From Candidatus Komeilibacteria bacterium (GTDB taxonomy: Bacteria; Patescibacteriota; Patescibacteriia; UBA1558; GWA2-36-10), in NCBI GenBank assembly GCA_018656065.1, contig JABHZY010000024.1:224970-288969 (forward strand): 64,000 bases of DNA, read 5' to 3'. The notes under the pieces were generated by a model. The model saw nothing but the letters and a program-made list of their open reading frames with translations. It was not told the DNA's origin and did not search any database. Position numbers and translations under genes: made by a program. This document shows positions 8,701-17,510 of the stretch, piece by piece (position 1 is the first letter of the stretch; the number at the start of each line of letters is the position of its first letter).

Positions 8701-11700
8701 ACTTAGAGTAGTAGTAGCAAACTTTGGATCAGATTGCTCATATACCAAACCATATGAATCAAAATTTCTATTTAATTCCACATCATCAGTGATATAATCT
8801 TCTTTAGTTAAATTTATTTTATCTACTTGGCCATGAGCTTGATTGTTGTAGTAAAGATCTTGAGCTTTACTATCTACTGTATCTGAAATAGTCTTTGTTT
8901 TTGGCGCAGCTAAAATATGTTTAGTGGTATTTTCAGCATAATCATAATCTGTATCTTTTTCGTCGCCTGTTAGCTGATTAGTTACTTCCCCTGTCCCAAT
9001 ATTTATAACCACTTCTCCTAAATTATTTTCTACTAGAAGATTACCTGTACTGGTACTATATTGATACTGAGAAGCTGTGGACTTAGTAGTACCTACAAAA
9101 TTAGTATTTGCCTTCTGAGTATTGTAGACAAATTTATTATCATCTCCTTGATCATATTCTTCCCATTTATATAGCTGCTGTTTTAATAGATCATCAGTGC
9201 TAGCATCGTAGACTTCCTGACGATATTGCCTGCCTATTTTGTAATAGCTGTCATTATATTCACCTTGACTAGAATTGGAATCATCACCTTGGTGATAATA
9301 ATTTACAGTTTTGGTATCACTTTCTGTTTTCTCTACTTTTCCAAAGCCGGCAAATTTTTTATCATATGGATTATTAGAATCATAATAATATTGCCCATCA
9401 CTATATTCATAATCAATATCAGAAATATTTCCTAAACCATCATCTATAGTAATTTGACTGACAGTCTGTACTACAAATGGAAGCTCTGGATTTAATAACC
9501 CACTAGTGCTAGTAGCCTGAGCTGAAGATTGATATTCTATACCTATCTCTGACCCCTCTTCAGTTATTATATTATTTACTATATCTTCACTATCACCTGA
9601 ATTATTAAAATATATCTTATCATTTCCAAAATCTACTAAATCTACTAAACCATCAGCATCCATATCAATAGTAAATATGCCATAACGCTCTGTTATAAAT
9701 AAATCTGGTTGTACAGCAAAATATACGGGAAGTTCATAATTAATATCTATATCAAAAGATCCGTCGCCATTATTTATATATACTCCATTACCATTTAGCA
9801 GAACACTATCAATTGATTTTAAAATATCCACTAAACCATCGCCGTTTACATCTGCTAAACGTCCACCTTTATCAAGATAAGTAGGTGATCCATAACCAGG
9901 TATTTGATTTAAACTAAAATCACCATTATTAATATAAAAAGAGCTATATTGGACCATATCACCTAAACCATCTTGATTTACATCAGATAAAAATCTATTA
10001 TTTGTACTTATTTGAAATGGAAAATCATGCTCCATATCACGTTGCCAACCATTAGGTCCCTGATTAATATATATCTCACGCCAATCATGAGTTAAATTTG
10101 TATAAACTACATCTAATAATGAATCGCCATTAACATCTACATATACGAGAGCTGAAGAAGAGTCTAAGGGCGTATCAGTAGGAAAACCTACTGCAGGCGC
10201 TGGCCAAGTACTAGGACTCCAAGTACAATCACCATTATTAGTATAAAATGTACTCCAAGTGGATATATCATTTAGACCATCGCCGTTTACATCTAAAGTA
10301 AGATAACCACGTTCGTATGTTCTGGCTGGTATAGGAGGTAAGCAGTTTGGATCATCAGTCCAAGTGCCATCACCATTGTTTATATATGTTTTTCGAATAT
10401 TTGGATTAGCGTCAATATGATAAAAAATATCTGGATAATTATCTCCATTTAAATCTGCCAAACTTAATACCCTATAATCTACCCACGTAGTTGATGGCAA
10501 CATAAAATCACTCTGCTCTGCCCAACCCACAGCTCCATTAGTGTAATCAAACTCCGTAGCTGGCATAGTAATTTCATCACCAGAAATAGCAGTCATAGCT
10601 ACTTGCCCCGGAGCTTCATCCTGATATTGAGCTGAGGATTTATAATTTATATCTATTTGAGAACCTCCTGAAATATTAATAGTATTCATTACATCTACTT
10701 CTTGTTCTAAGTCAAATAAATGAATTCTTCCCCACATACCATCTACCCAATCCACAAGTCCATCGCCATTCATATCAGACACTGTGTATCTAGCTGAATA
10801 ATCATAAACGCTAGAAAGTGAGACTGGGATAACATATGTATTATCTTCTGTCCAGGTGCCATCGCCATTATTCAAAAATATTCCGTTTGTTAAATTATAC
10901 AGATCTTTTCGTACAACATCACTTAAACCATCACCGTTTATATCCATTATTTTCCCAACTTGCACATAGCCAGATCCAGCAAAGTTATGCCATATTTCTA
11001 ATGCCTCATAATTTGAATCCAAATACCATCCTGTCCCATCAGCATTATTTATGTATACACCATTTTGATCCATAAAATCTACAAAACCATCTCCATTTAT
11101 GTCCATTGGCATTGCAGATGGATCACCTGCTCCAATTGGAAAATTTATTTCATAATTATGATCTCTAACGAACTCAGAACCATTGTTTATATATACCTCT
11201 GACTGCCAATTAAAACTAGAATTGAGCCAAGCTCTAATTTTATCAACTTTTCCGTCATTATTTATATCTATATAATTATAATAAGCAACATCAAACCATG
11301 TATTATCTCCATAACCATCTTCTCTGTTCCAGTTCAAATTTCCGTCATTTAAAAATATTCCATTATAATCACTATAGCCAGAAATAAAATCAATAAGGCC
11401 GTCTCCATTAAAATCAGCTAGTTGAAATATTTCAGTGAGCCAAGTTTGAGCAGATGTAATAGGGACATTTGGGTTTAAATGCTCTTCCCAAGAGCCATCG
11501 CCATTATTTAAGTATATAGCGAAATCATCTTCGTCGTTACTACCATTATGAATTAAGCATAAAAAATCAGATAAAGAATCGCCATTTAAATCTGCTATGG
11601 TGATTGATTCTGACCCTCCATAACAGTTACTTGGATAGCTGTAATTTGATAAAGTCCATGTTTTTTCTGGAATATTATAATCAAAGCTATCTTCTGGCAT

Positions 11701-12813
11701 AGCCATCATTACACCACTATTAGGATCACGAGCGCCTTCTACAATATTATCTAAAAGTGAACGATTGTCATTATCTCCGGTAATATAATTCAAATGATAT
11801 CTTTTTTCCCATTGATTATTAACACTTATTTCTATTTCATTAATACGATAATCATTATACACATTAAAACCAGTGGCAAAACTATTTAAATTATCATTCC
11901 TGGCTTCTCTTAAAAACTCTACTTCAAAAATACCGTCAGTAGTACTATGTCCAGTATAAAATATTTTATAAGGATAAATCTGACCATTATCTTTGTAGTA
12001 TTCATAACGGATAAAATTATCATTAGTATCACGTATCTCTTCCAACATCCATTTAAAAACTTTAGTCGGATCACCCAAATCATCCTGACGAGAATTTATT
12101 GTAGCACCAAAAGTGTATACTGTACCTTGCTTATCTTTGACTATCCATGTATCAGTACTAGATGCATATTCATAATCAAAAAATTCCCCATTGTCTACTT
12201 TTGAAGAGTGTCCACCATTTGCATCTATAGACACTAATTCGCCAGTCAATGAAGAATTAAAATATGGATCTGAATAAATTTTGTCTATACCTTTTTTATT
12301 TATCCTTTCTATATAAGGAATATTAATGCTCCAGCCATAGCCAAACAAATTTTGATTGTCGCTATTTTGATTATTGTATGTCAACTGTAAGTCTGGTTGC
12401 AAACCATTTCTGCCAACAGGCACTTCTATAGGGTAAGCATAGTTAAATGCTCCTGTATTGCTATCTGTGTCAATATTCAATTTATCAACCAAAGATTTTA
12501 TTTCATCTTTTTGAATATAGGGCTCTGGATCATCAGTGGTAGCCATTGGCGCTTCTGGAATTTCTCCTTCTGATTCTATTGGTATAATCTCTGCTGGCTC
12601 CTCTACAATAACTGGCGTGGGTTTTAATTCCTCTGGCATTGGCAAAGCTAGAACCTGAGTTTCCTCTACCTGTGTTGCTGGTAGGCTAGGCACCTCTAAT
12701 GATTCTACTTCTCTAGCTAAAGATATTGTTGGTGCTAGAGAAGAAAAAACAAAACTAAAAACCAAAAAATATATTTTTAGTTTTAAAATTTTTGAATGCT
12801 TGTTAAATTTCAT
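5722..12813 (-). CDS. secreted Rhs family polymorphic toxin (SpvB/TcB-like N-terminus, 2x FG-GAP block, YD-repeat shell, Rhs core, variable CT)
   Basis: 2363 aa with a signal peptide. It has an SpvB-like FNYAYPIEVPVGRNGLQPDLQLTY..GYGWSINIPYIER and 12 DxNGDGxxD motifs. It carries many YD repeats (YDALGRV, YDDLNRV, YDAVGNI, YDDLYRL). The core reads GDHLGSSS..YKPFG..TFTGHEYDEENSLQYFGARYMD..NNPVIFVDPDGN, followed by a 192-aa tail (5725-6300). Confidence 0.92.
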   Translation of the reverse strand: MKFNKHSKILKLKIYFLVFSFVFSSLAPTISLAREVESLEVPSLPATQVEETQVLALPMPEELKPTPVIVEEPAEIIPIESEGEIPEAPMATTDDPEPYIQKDEIKSLVDKLNIDTDSNTGAFNYAYPIEVPVGRNGLQPDLQLTYNNQNSDNQNLFGYGWSINIPYIERINKKGIDKIYSDPYFNSSLTGELVSIDANGGHSSKVDNGEFFDYEYASSTDTWIVKDKQGTVYTFGATINSRQDDLGDPTKVFKWMLEEIRDTNDNFIRYEYYKDNGQIYPYKIFYTGHSTTDGIFEVEFLREARNDNLNSFATGFNVYNDYRINEIEISVNNQWEKRYHLNYITGDNDNRSLLDNIVEGARDPNSGVMMAMPEDSFDYNIPEKTWTLSNYSYPSNCYGGSESITIADLNGDSLSDFLCLIHNGSNDEDDFAIYLNNGDGSWEEHLNPNVPITSAQTWLTEIFQLADFNGDGLIDFISGYSDYNGIFLNDGNLNWNREDGYGDNTWFDVAYYNYIDINNDGKVDKIRAWLNSSFNWQSEVYINNGSEFVRDHNYEINFPIGAGDPSAMPMDINGDGFVDFMDQNGVYINNADGTGWYLDSNYEALEIWHNFAGSGYVQVGKIMDINGDGLSDVVRKDLYNLTNGIFLNNGDGTWTEDNTYVIPVSLSSVYDYSARYTVSDMNGDGLVDWVDGMWGRIHLFDLEQEVDVMNTINISGGSQIDINYKSSAQYQDEAPGQVAMTAISGDEITMPATEFDYTNGAVGWAEQSDFMLPSTTWVDYRVLSLADLNGDNYPDIFYHIDANPNIRKTYINNGDGTWTDDPNCLPPIPARTYERGYLTLDVNGDGLNDISTWSTFYTNNGDCTWSPSTWPAPAVGFPTDTPLDSSSALVYVDVNGDSLLDVVYTNLTHDWREIYINQGPNGWQRDMEHDFPFQISTNNRFLSDVNQDGLGDMVQYSSFYINNGDFSLNQIPGYGSPTYLDKGGRLADVNGDGLVDILKSIDSVLLNGNGVYINNGDGSFDIDINYELPVYFAVQPDLFITERYGIFTIDMDADGLVDLVDFGNDKIYFNNSGDSEDIVNNIITEEGSEIGIEYQSSAQATSTSGLLNPELPFVVQTVSQITIDDGLGNISDIDYEYSDGQYYYDSNNPYDKKFAGFGKVEKTESDTKTVNYYHQGDDSNSSQGEYNDSYYKIGRQYRQEVYDASTDDLLKQQLYKWEEYDQGDDNKFVYNTQKANTNFVGTTKSTASQYQYSTSTGNLLVENNLGEVVINIGTGEVTNQLTGDEKDTDYDYAENTTKHILAAPKTKTISDTVDSKAQDLYYNNQAHGQVDKINLTKEDYITDDVELNRNFDSYGLVYEQSDPKFATTTLSYDSYNMYPASSTDPLGNTSYTDYNLLNGQIATSTTPNGAMTVNKFDAFSRLTETKISDPDNFGSLVLKQEVSYQDTVLPRHTETKNYFDSTNFVTSREYYDGLDRVIQSKSQTDNTSEYTAVDISYDSQGRVDRQSLPYITTAIDYSVPNLSQPAKTYIYDALGRVLIETTPVGTTGYDYDGFTTTITDANNNIKDLTKDAHGNLIEVKEYNDTSVYTTSYDYTLTNKLKKITDEQGNIRNFHYDDLDNLDWQDMVHKSTVTTPEKINYTHDKNGNVETETSFKGDNISYVYDDLNRVEYEKLDNVNKISYVYDEDGDIGQLTHAYYGNNNRRAYDYDILGNLRTSTTTIENEDFVMNFDYNLNGEAESITYPNGHVVSYGFNNIGQVDSVSLDKGSGPVVLVDNIQYNQNGQMTHLERSNGVITDYIYNPQENFRLTDLDTTHGTTTLQDIHYTYDAVGNITQITDSSSTDLAKTTWYDYDDLYRLASSTVNYISHPADNYSKVYNYDAVGNMIYNSDLGTMNYDNDNPHQLSSLTGRTFTYDDAGNTKTNNISKFIWDHRSRLDSTYDIASENNTYYDYDHNNQRFIKYTEELVWIPPDIEEICMIEAAMVGSDNSVRMAAGRRAGNWELRRVKEDKYVDGYFEKNLANQAKTHINVNNIKVATVNESDDPYFILGDHLGSSSLRTDSTGAVAELSDYKPFGKINYESTIQDLDNDYTFTGHEYDEENSLQYFGARYMDNEIGRFTAMEPVMLVLHDGNQLKKISGQELQNILSDPQALNSYSYSKNNPVIFVDPDGNWWKAFVWGNISTFGNGQSWSSFQTELGQAANQLYNDSDTAKAIMDNPGKSSLAIGVGSGLAAYGSSAAITWGLTEVGLIGGTAMTQADKALQSGRGWSPGRVADSAKNLVGHFEKQGDKIGAKNLGQYYQKANDFVQSGYTNVFKEGADKVYYNVNNNFSAILDANNKIKTFYKVENVNKISSYLDRISKIK

Positions 12814-12843
12814 ATGATTATTTAAGTTAATTGTTTGTAATAT

Positions 12844-13530
12844 TTAATTTATAAATTTAAAACTTTTTACCATTTCTTCATCATAAGTAATTGTACCGGC
12901 TGAATTACCCCAAAAGACAGCTTCCTGACCTATAAGCCAAGCTACAACTTTATTTTTAACTGGATAATATTTCATTACCGTCCAGCCATTAATAAGACAT
13001 TCTGATTCATCCAAGTCTTTGCCATCCCAAGCTGTATAAATGTCATAAACGCCTTCTTGTAAAGTAAGCTTCTTTTCACCTAAATTACATTTCCCATCAT
13101 AGTTAACATAATATTCTTGAATAAATTTATTTAATTCTTCGTCATTGTTAATGCCTTCTTTTACTATAATTTTCCATGAATAATCACCTATTGTATCTAG
13201 AAGCTCAAAAGAATTTTCAACTCTCTCACATTTTCCAGATTCCTTATTAATATCAAAAAAATATTCATAAGAAATATATACTTCATTGCTACTATCAAAT
13301 ATCTTCATTGGAATCATTTTATTTTTTTCTAAATCACAACTATTAGCTGAAGTTATTATTTCTCTAGGGTATTTAATCTCAAATCCCAATTCATCATTTT
13401 TATATGTTTTCCATTGATTTTCTAAAACAATTAATTGAATTTCTTGATCTTTAATACTAAAAAAAATAATCAAAGTAGTTAAGGCAGCTAAGAGTAAAAT
13501 TATTAATATTATTTTATTACTATGATTCAT
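12844..13530 (-). CDS. membrane-anchored exported protein, candidate immunity for the CHAP toxin
   Basis: 228 aa with an N-terminal TM anchor (IILIILLLAALTTLIIFF) and several Cys residues. It lies directly downstream of the Rhs-core-CHAP gene. Confidence 0.55.
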   Translation of the reverse strand: MNHSNKIILIILLLAALTTLIIFFSIKDQEIQLIVLENQWKTYKNDELGFEIKYPREIITSANSCDLEKNKMIPMKIFDSSNEVYISYEYFFDINKESGKCERVENSFELLDTIGDYSWKIIVKEGINNDEELNKFIQEYYVNYDGKCNLGEKKLTLQEGVYDIYTAWDGKDLDESECLINGWTVMKYYPVKNKVVAWLIGQEAVFWGNSAGTITYDEEMVKSFKFIN

Positions 13531-13541
13531 ATATAAAAAAT

Positions 13542-14663
13542 TTAAAATATGCTGTTAAAAAAACTCTTTGTGCTATTCCAAGCTCTTTGAAAAAATGATG
13601 CTCTAGGCGCTAAACTTGGCGTAGCATAATTATTACTCATTGTATTACTATTATTTTTATGCACTGGACTAAGCCAACCAGCCATAGGAGTTGTTTTATT
13701 TTTCATAATTGAATAACCGTCACCTGTCTTATTAATATTATAAGTACGTAAAGCTTTCTGACTAGCATTTTGATCCATAATTTCAACATAACCTGTATTT
13801 GTGGTGTTATCAAAATTTGCTTCTGTGACAACCATCACATGACCATAAGTCCCTTGTGTCCAAATTAACAAATCCCCTTCTCCTGGTAAATTGAACCCCT
13901 TGCCGTTTCTATGCTGTACAAAATTATATGATGATCCTGCAGCATCTAAATTTCTATTTATACTATCAATATTACTCCACATACCCTTAGGATCTCCTAC
14001 TACGCCCATGTTATTTATTCCGTAAGTATTAGACATATACCGCTTAGCATATTCAACACAACTATTATTCATTCTAAAACTACCAATTCCATTATAATAT
14101 GCATCTACTCCATTAAATTGCCCCATATTATCACCAAGTTTCCAACCTCCTTCTGGAATGTCATTGAAAGTAGCGCTTGATAACCCTAAAGGATCAATTA
14201 AAGAAATTGGATTATTTCTTGCATAACTATAACTATTTAATTGCTGGGGATCTGACAAAAATTTAGCTGGTTGAATTAATAGTAATGGGTCAATACTAGC
14301 AAATCTACCCAAATGATTATCATAATATCGATTAACAAAGTACTGAAGTTTATTTTCTTCATCTTGCTCTTTACCCGAAAATTTATAATCATTATTTATA
14401 GTTGAACTAGCATAAACCAACTGACCAAAATCATTATAGTCATTCTGTTCTACTATAGTACCATCCTTATTAGTGACTATAGTAGGAGATCCTAAATGAT
14501 CATTAAGATTAAAATAAATTTTTTCATCTTCTATAGTGGCTAATTTTTGATCTCCCAAAAATATGTGCATCTTAGTATCAGTTGCTTGTGCTGACCAAGG
14601 AAATATTAGTATCAAGGAACATAGCATAGTAATTATGCTCTCAAAATTTCTTTTCTTCTTCAT
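13542..14663 (-). CDS. secreted core-only Rhs protein with C-terminal CHAP amidase/peptidase domain
   Basis: 373 aa with a signal peptide. The Rhs core reads NDHLGSPT..YNDFG..YKFSGKEQDEENKLQYF..RFASIDP..NNPISLIDPLGL. The CHAP-like part has Cys (NNSCVEYAKRY), His (YGHVMVVTE) and IMDQN. Confidence 0.8.
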   Translation of the reverse strand: MKKKRNFESIITMLCSLILIFPWSAQATDTKMHIFLGDQKLATIEDEKIYFNLNDHLGSPTIVTNKDGTIVEQNDYNDFGQLVYASSTINNDYKFSGKEQDEENKLQYFVNRYYDNHLGRFASIDPLLLIQPAKFLSDPQQLNSYSYARNNPISLIDPLGLSSATFNDIPEGGWKLGDNMGQFNGVDAYYNGIGSFRMNNSCVEYAKRYMSNTYGINNMGVVGDPKGMWSNIDSINRNLDAAGSSYNFVQHRNGKGFNLPGEGDLLIWTQGTYGHVMVVTEANFDNTTNTGYVEIMDQNASQKALRTYNINKTGDGYSIMKNKTTPMAGWLSPVHKNNSNTMSNNYATPSLAPRASFFQRAWNSTKSFFNSIF

Positions 14664-14713
14664 ATTTGCAAACTAATTTTATTAGCTTGCCTGTTTTTAT
14701 TTATATTTTCTAA

Positions 14714-14887
14714 CTAACTCACAATACTACTTTTCTTCTCAAAAATGTTTAATCTTTTAAACGCCCAATAGAATAAATAAAAAACCCAGCCTATGCAAGC
14801 CAGGAATGCTGATACAAAAAATACAAGCACTAGGGCAACTACCCAACGTATATCTATTTTATTAAATTGTATGATTTCTTGAAGCAT
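14714..14887 (-). CDS. possible small membrane protein (57 aa, below the ORF-track cutoff)
   Basis: My own translation is MLQEIIQFNKIDIRWVVALVLVFFVSAFLACIGWVFYLFYWAFKRLNIFEKKSSIVS*. GAAGG lies upstream of the ATG, and there is a long hydrophobic core. Confidence 0.35.
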   Translation of the reverse strand: MLQEIIQFNKIDIRWVVALVLVFFVSAFLACIGWVFYLFYWAFKRLNIFEKKSSIVS

Positions 14888-14902
14888 AACCTTCTCAAAA
14901 TA

Positions 14903-15211
14903 TTATCCAGAGCCTAAATCTGATTTATTTTTCACTCGTTTTTTATATTTATCTAATGTTTTATATAAAATTTCTTCCATGTCTATATCAAAATAATTTG
15001 CTAAAACAATTAAAGAGTAAAAAACATCTCCTAATTCATTTTTTAAATTATCAGTTGATCTAAATTTCGATTTACCATAAGAAGTTGATAATAATATCTC
15101 TTTAGATAATTCGCCTACTTCTGACATTAAATCTACAACTCTATGTTCTACTGATAAATCTAGTTTATTTTCTTCACAAAAAATTTTAATGTTATCTTGT
15201 AATTTTTTCAT
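14903..15211 (-). CDS. MazG-like nucleotide pyrophosphohydrolase
   Basis: 102 aa with EVGELSKE and ELGDVFYSL (ExxE...ExxD), typical of small MazG-family proteins. Confidence 0.75.
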   Translation of the reverse strand: MKKLQDNIKIFCEENKLDLSVEHRVVDLMSEVGELSKEILLSTSYGKSKFRSTDNLKNELGDVFYSLIVLANYFDIDMEEILYKTLDKYKKRVKNKSDLGSG

Positions 15212-15216
15212 AATTT

Positions 15217-16485
15217 TTACTTTTTTAAATATTTAATGTTATCTTGAATTTTTTTAAAAGCCAATATATATTGATCTATAATATTTTTATCCCTATCCCA
15301 ATTAGAAAAAGTTGGTAGAGATAAAGCTCGTTTTTGTATATCAATCGCATTAGGGTAATTATTTAACTTATTTATTTTTTTAGCTTTCCTGTTATTAAAC
15401 ATTAAATCTGGAATATTTTTGTACAAAGGTTGATTGGCTAAAATAGCTCCAGATGGAGCGCTGATATGCATCCCTTCTGCGCGCAATGCTTCTACTAATT
15501 TATCTTTATCTAAATCATACAATTTTTCTTTAATATACAATGGTTTAAAACCATACCATGCCCCTCGATCTACATGTTCATCTGTATATATATTTTCTAT
15601 ATAATCTATTTCTTTTAAACCTTCATTAAGATAATTGAGACACCTGTGTCTATTTTTCTTATGTTTTTCATAATTCATCAAAGAATGTTTGGCTACGATA
15701 GCATTAAAAGGTGATATTCTTAATTTTAAACCAAAGCCAGTTTGCCAATACTCATTATATTTAGAATCTTTTACCTCTTCTTTACTCCTATCTCTATAAT
15801 GACCTAATAACGTGGCTCGATTATAATATTTTTCATTGTTAGTAACTAGTATACCTCCTTCACCAGCAAAAATCATTTTTTGAGCCTGCAAGGAAAAAAT
15901 TGCCACATCACCAAATGTACCACACATCTTACCTTTATATCTACTACCATGAGCATGAGAACAATCTTCTAAAACGAGCAAACTATGCTCTTTAGCTATT
16001 TTCATAATTTTATCCATATCTGCTGGATGACCCCACTGATGAACAACTGTTATTACTTTTGTTTTTTTATTAATAAATTTTTCTATATTTTCCACTTCAA
16101 TACATCTAGTTTCTTTATTAATATCTACCAAAATGACATTACCCTTTAAAAAATATACTGGGCTCAATGCGGCATGATATGTTAAAGCTGGTCCCATGAC
16201 TTCATCATCCTCTTCTATACCCATGGCAAAATAAGCAGCCAATAAAGCTGAGGTGCCAGAATTGAATGACACACAATATTTTATTTTATTATCTAAAAAA
16301 TTTAAAAATAAATCCTCCAGTTCTTTTATTGGCCCTGTTTTGCCTTTGATGCTTATATCAATATTTCTTTGAGCTTTGATTTCCTCCAATTCATTATCAT
16401 CAGCTTTTGGAGGCCATACTTTATGTGGCCCCCCTATGTTTATTAAAGGCTCACCGCCTAATAATGCTAATTTATTTTTTATCAT
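15217..16485 (-). CDS. DegT/DnrJ/EryC1/StrS-family sugar aminotransferase
   Basis: 422 aa with GTSALLAAYFAMG and FSLQAQKMIFAGEGGILV (PLP-Lys context). Confidence 0.85.
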   Translation of the reverse strand: MIKNKLALLGGEPLINIGGPHKVWPPKADDNELEEIKAQRNIDISIKGKTGPIKELEDLFLNFLDNKIKYCVSFNSGTSALLAAYFAMGIEEDDEVMGPALTYHAALSPVYFLKGNVILVDINKETRCIEVENIEKFINKKTKVITVVHQWGHPADMDKIMKIAKEHSLLVLEDCSHAHGSRYKGKMCGTFGDVAIFSLQAQKMIFAGEGGILVTNNEKYYNRATLLGHYRDRSKEEVKDSKYNEYWQTGFGLKLRISPFNAIVAKHSLMNYEKHKKNRHRCLNYLNEGLKEIDYIENIYTDEHVDRGAWYGFKPLYIKEKLYDLDKDKLVEALRAEGMHISAPSGAILANQPLYKNIPDLMFNNRKAKKINKLNNYPNAIDIQKRALSLPTFSNWDRDKNIIDQYILAFKKIQDNIKYLKK

Positions 16486-16486
16486 T

Positions 16487-17434
16487 TTATATTTTAATAA
16501 ATTGATTATTATACTGTACTGACTTTATGCCGGCATACAACATCCTCATAGATTTATATGCTAATAAATCTATATATTTTTTATTACTTGTAATATTCTT
16601 GAAATCTTTGATTTGTTCTGTATATGGACATACAATATTATTATTAATAACATTATGTTGTAAAACAAAACCTTTGTTATCATATAAAAAAATATCTTTG
16701 TCTTCTATTAAAATAGACCCTTGTTTGCCATGTATAAAAAAAGATTCCTGTTTTTTACTATAAGCTGATGATGTTAAGATTCTACCCATAGATCCATTAT
16801 TAAAATATATCGTTGCTAAATCTATGTTATCTACATTAACATTCTCAATATTGTTAATTGTTTTCATCACTACAGATATAGTCTTTGGATTGTCAAAAAA
16901 CCAATTCATAAGAAAACAAGCGTGCCATCCCAGACCATACCAACTACCGCCACCACTTTTGTCATCACAATACCAAGAATAAGTTTTGTCGTTGATAGTA
17001 AATTTATAATCAATCAAATCAACTTCTCCAATACTAGGAAGCCAATCTTTGGCTATAATATAACTTTGTTTAAATAATCTTTGTTGGGCTATTTTTAAAA
17101 TACATTTATTTTCTTTGGCTAACTCTAATAATTTATCTGCCTCATCTATACTAAGATTCATTGGTTTTTCTTTTAACACATGTACTCCATTTTTGATACA
17201 AAAACTAGAAATATCAAAATGCGTATCATTTGTTGTAGCTATAATGACAGCATCTGGCGACAGCTCTCTTATTGCTTTTTGATAATCATTGTAAAAAGGT
17301 TTGTCTATTTTATTAACATTTTTAAAATCGCAAACTCCCACTATTTGTAGCAAATTATCATCTTCTAATTTTTTTGCTGCTAAAAAGTGTTTATATCCTT
17401 GTCTACCTAAACCTATTATTAATAATTTAAACAT
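16487..17434 (-). CDS. Gfo/Idh/MocA-family oxidoreductase
   Basis: 315 aa with an N-terminal Rossmann LIIGLGRQGYKH and a VLKEKP motif. Confidence 0.8.
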   Translation of the reverse strand: MFKLLIIGLGRQGYKHFLAAKKLEDDNLLQIVGVCDFKNVNKIDKPFYNDYQKAIRELSPDAVIIATTNDTHFDISSFCIKNGVHVLKEKPMNLSIDEADKLLELAKENKCILKIAQQRLFKQSYIIAKDWLPSIGEVDLIDYKFTINDKTYSWYCDDKSGGGSWYGLGWHACFLMNWFFDNPKTISVVMKTINNIENVNVDNIDLATIYFNNGSMGRILTSSAYSKKQESFFIHGKQGSILIEDKDIFLYDNKGFVLQHNVINNNIVCPYTEQIKDFKNITSNKKYIDLLAYKSMRMLYAGIKSVQYNNQFIKI

Positions 17435-17510
17435 ATATGACTAAACTAACTTAACCCCTTTTTTAATATCTATATATCTTATTCTAAAAAAATTTATTTG
17501 AGAGGACATT

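Noticed and set aside
9226-12204. Plus-strand ORFs (69-85 aa) inside the Rhs gene: 9226-9435, 10836-11075 and 11947-12204.
   Set aside because: They are antisense shadows of a clearly coding 7-kb gene, and their products are low-complexity I/F/L/Y-rich strings.
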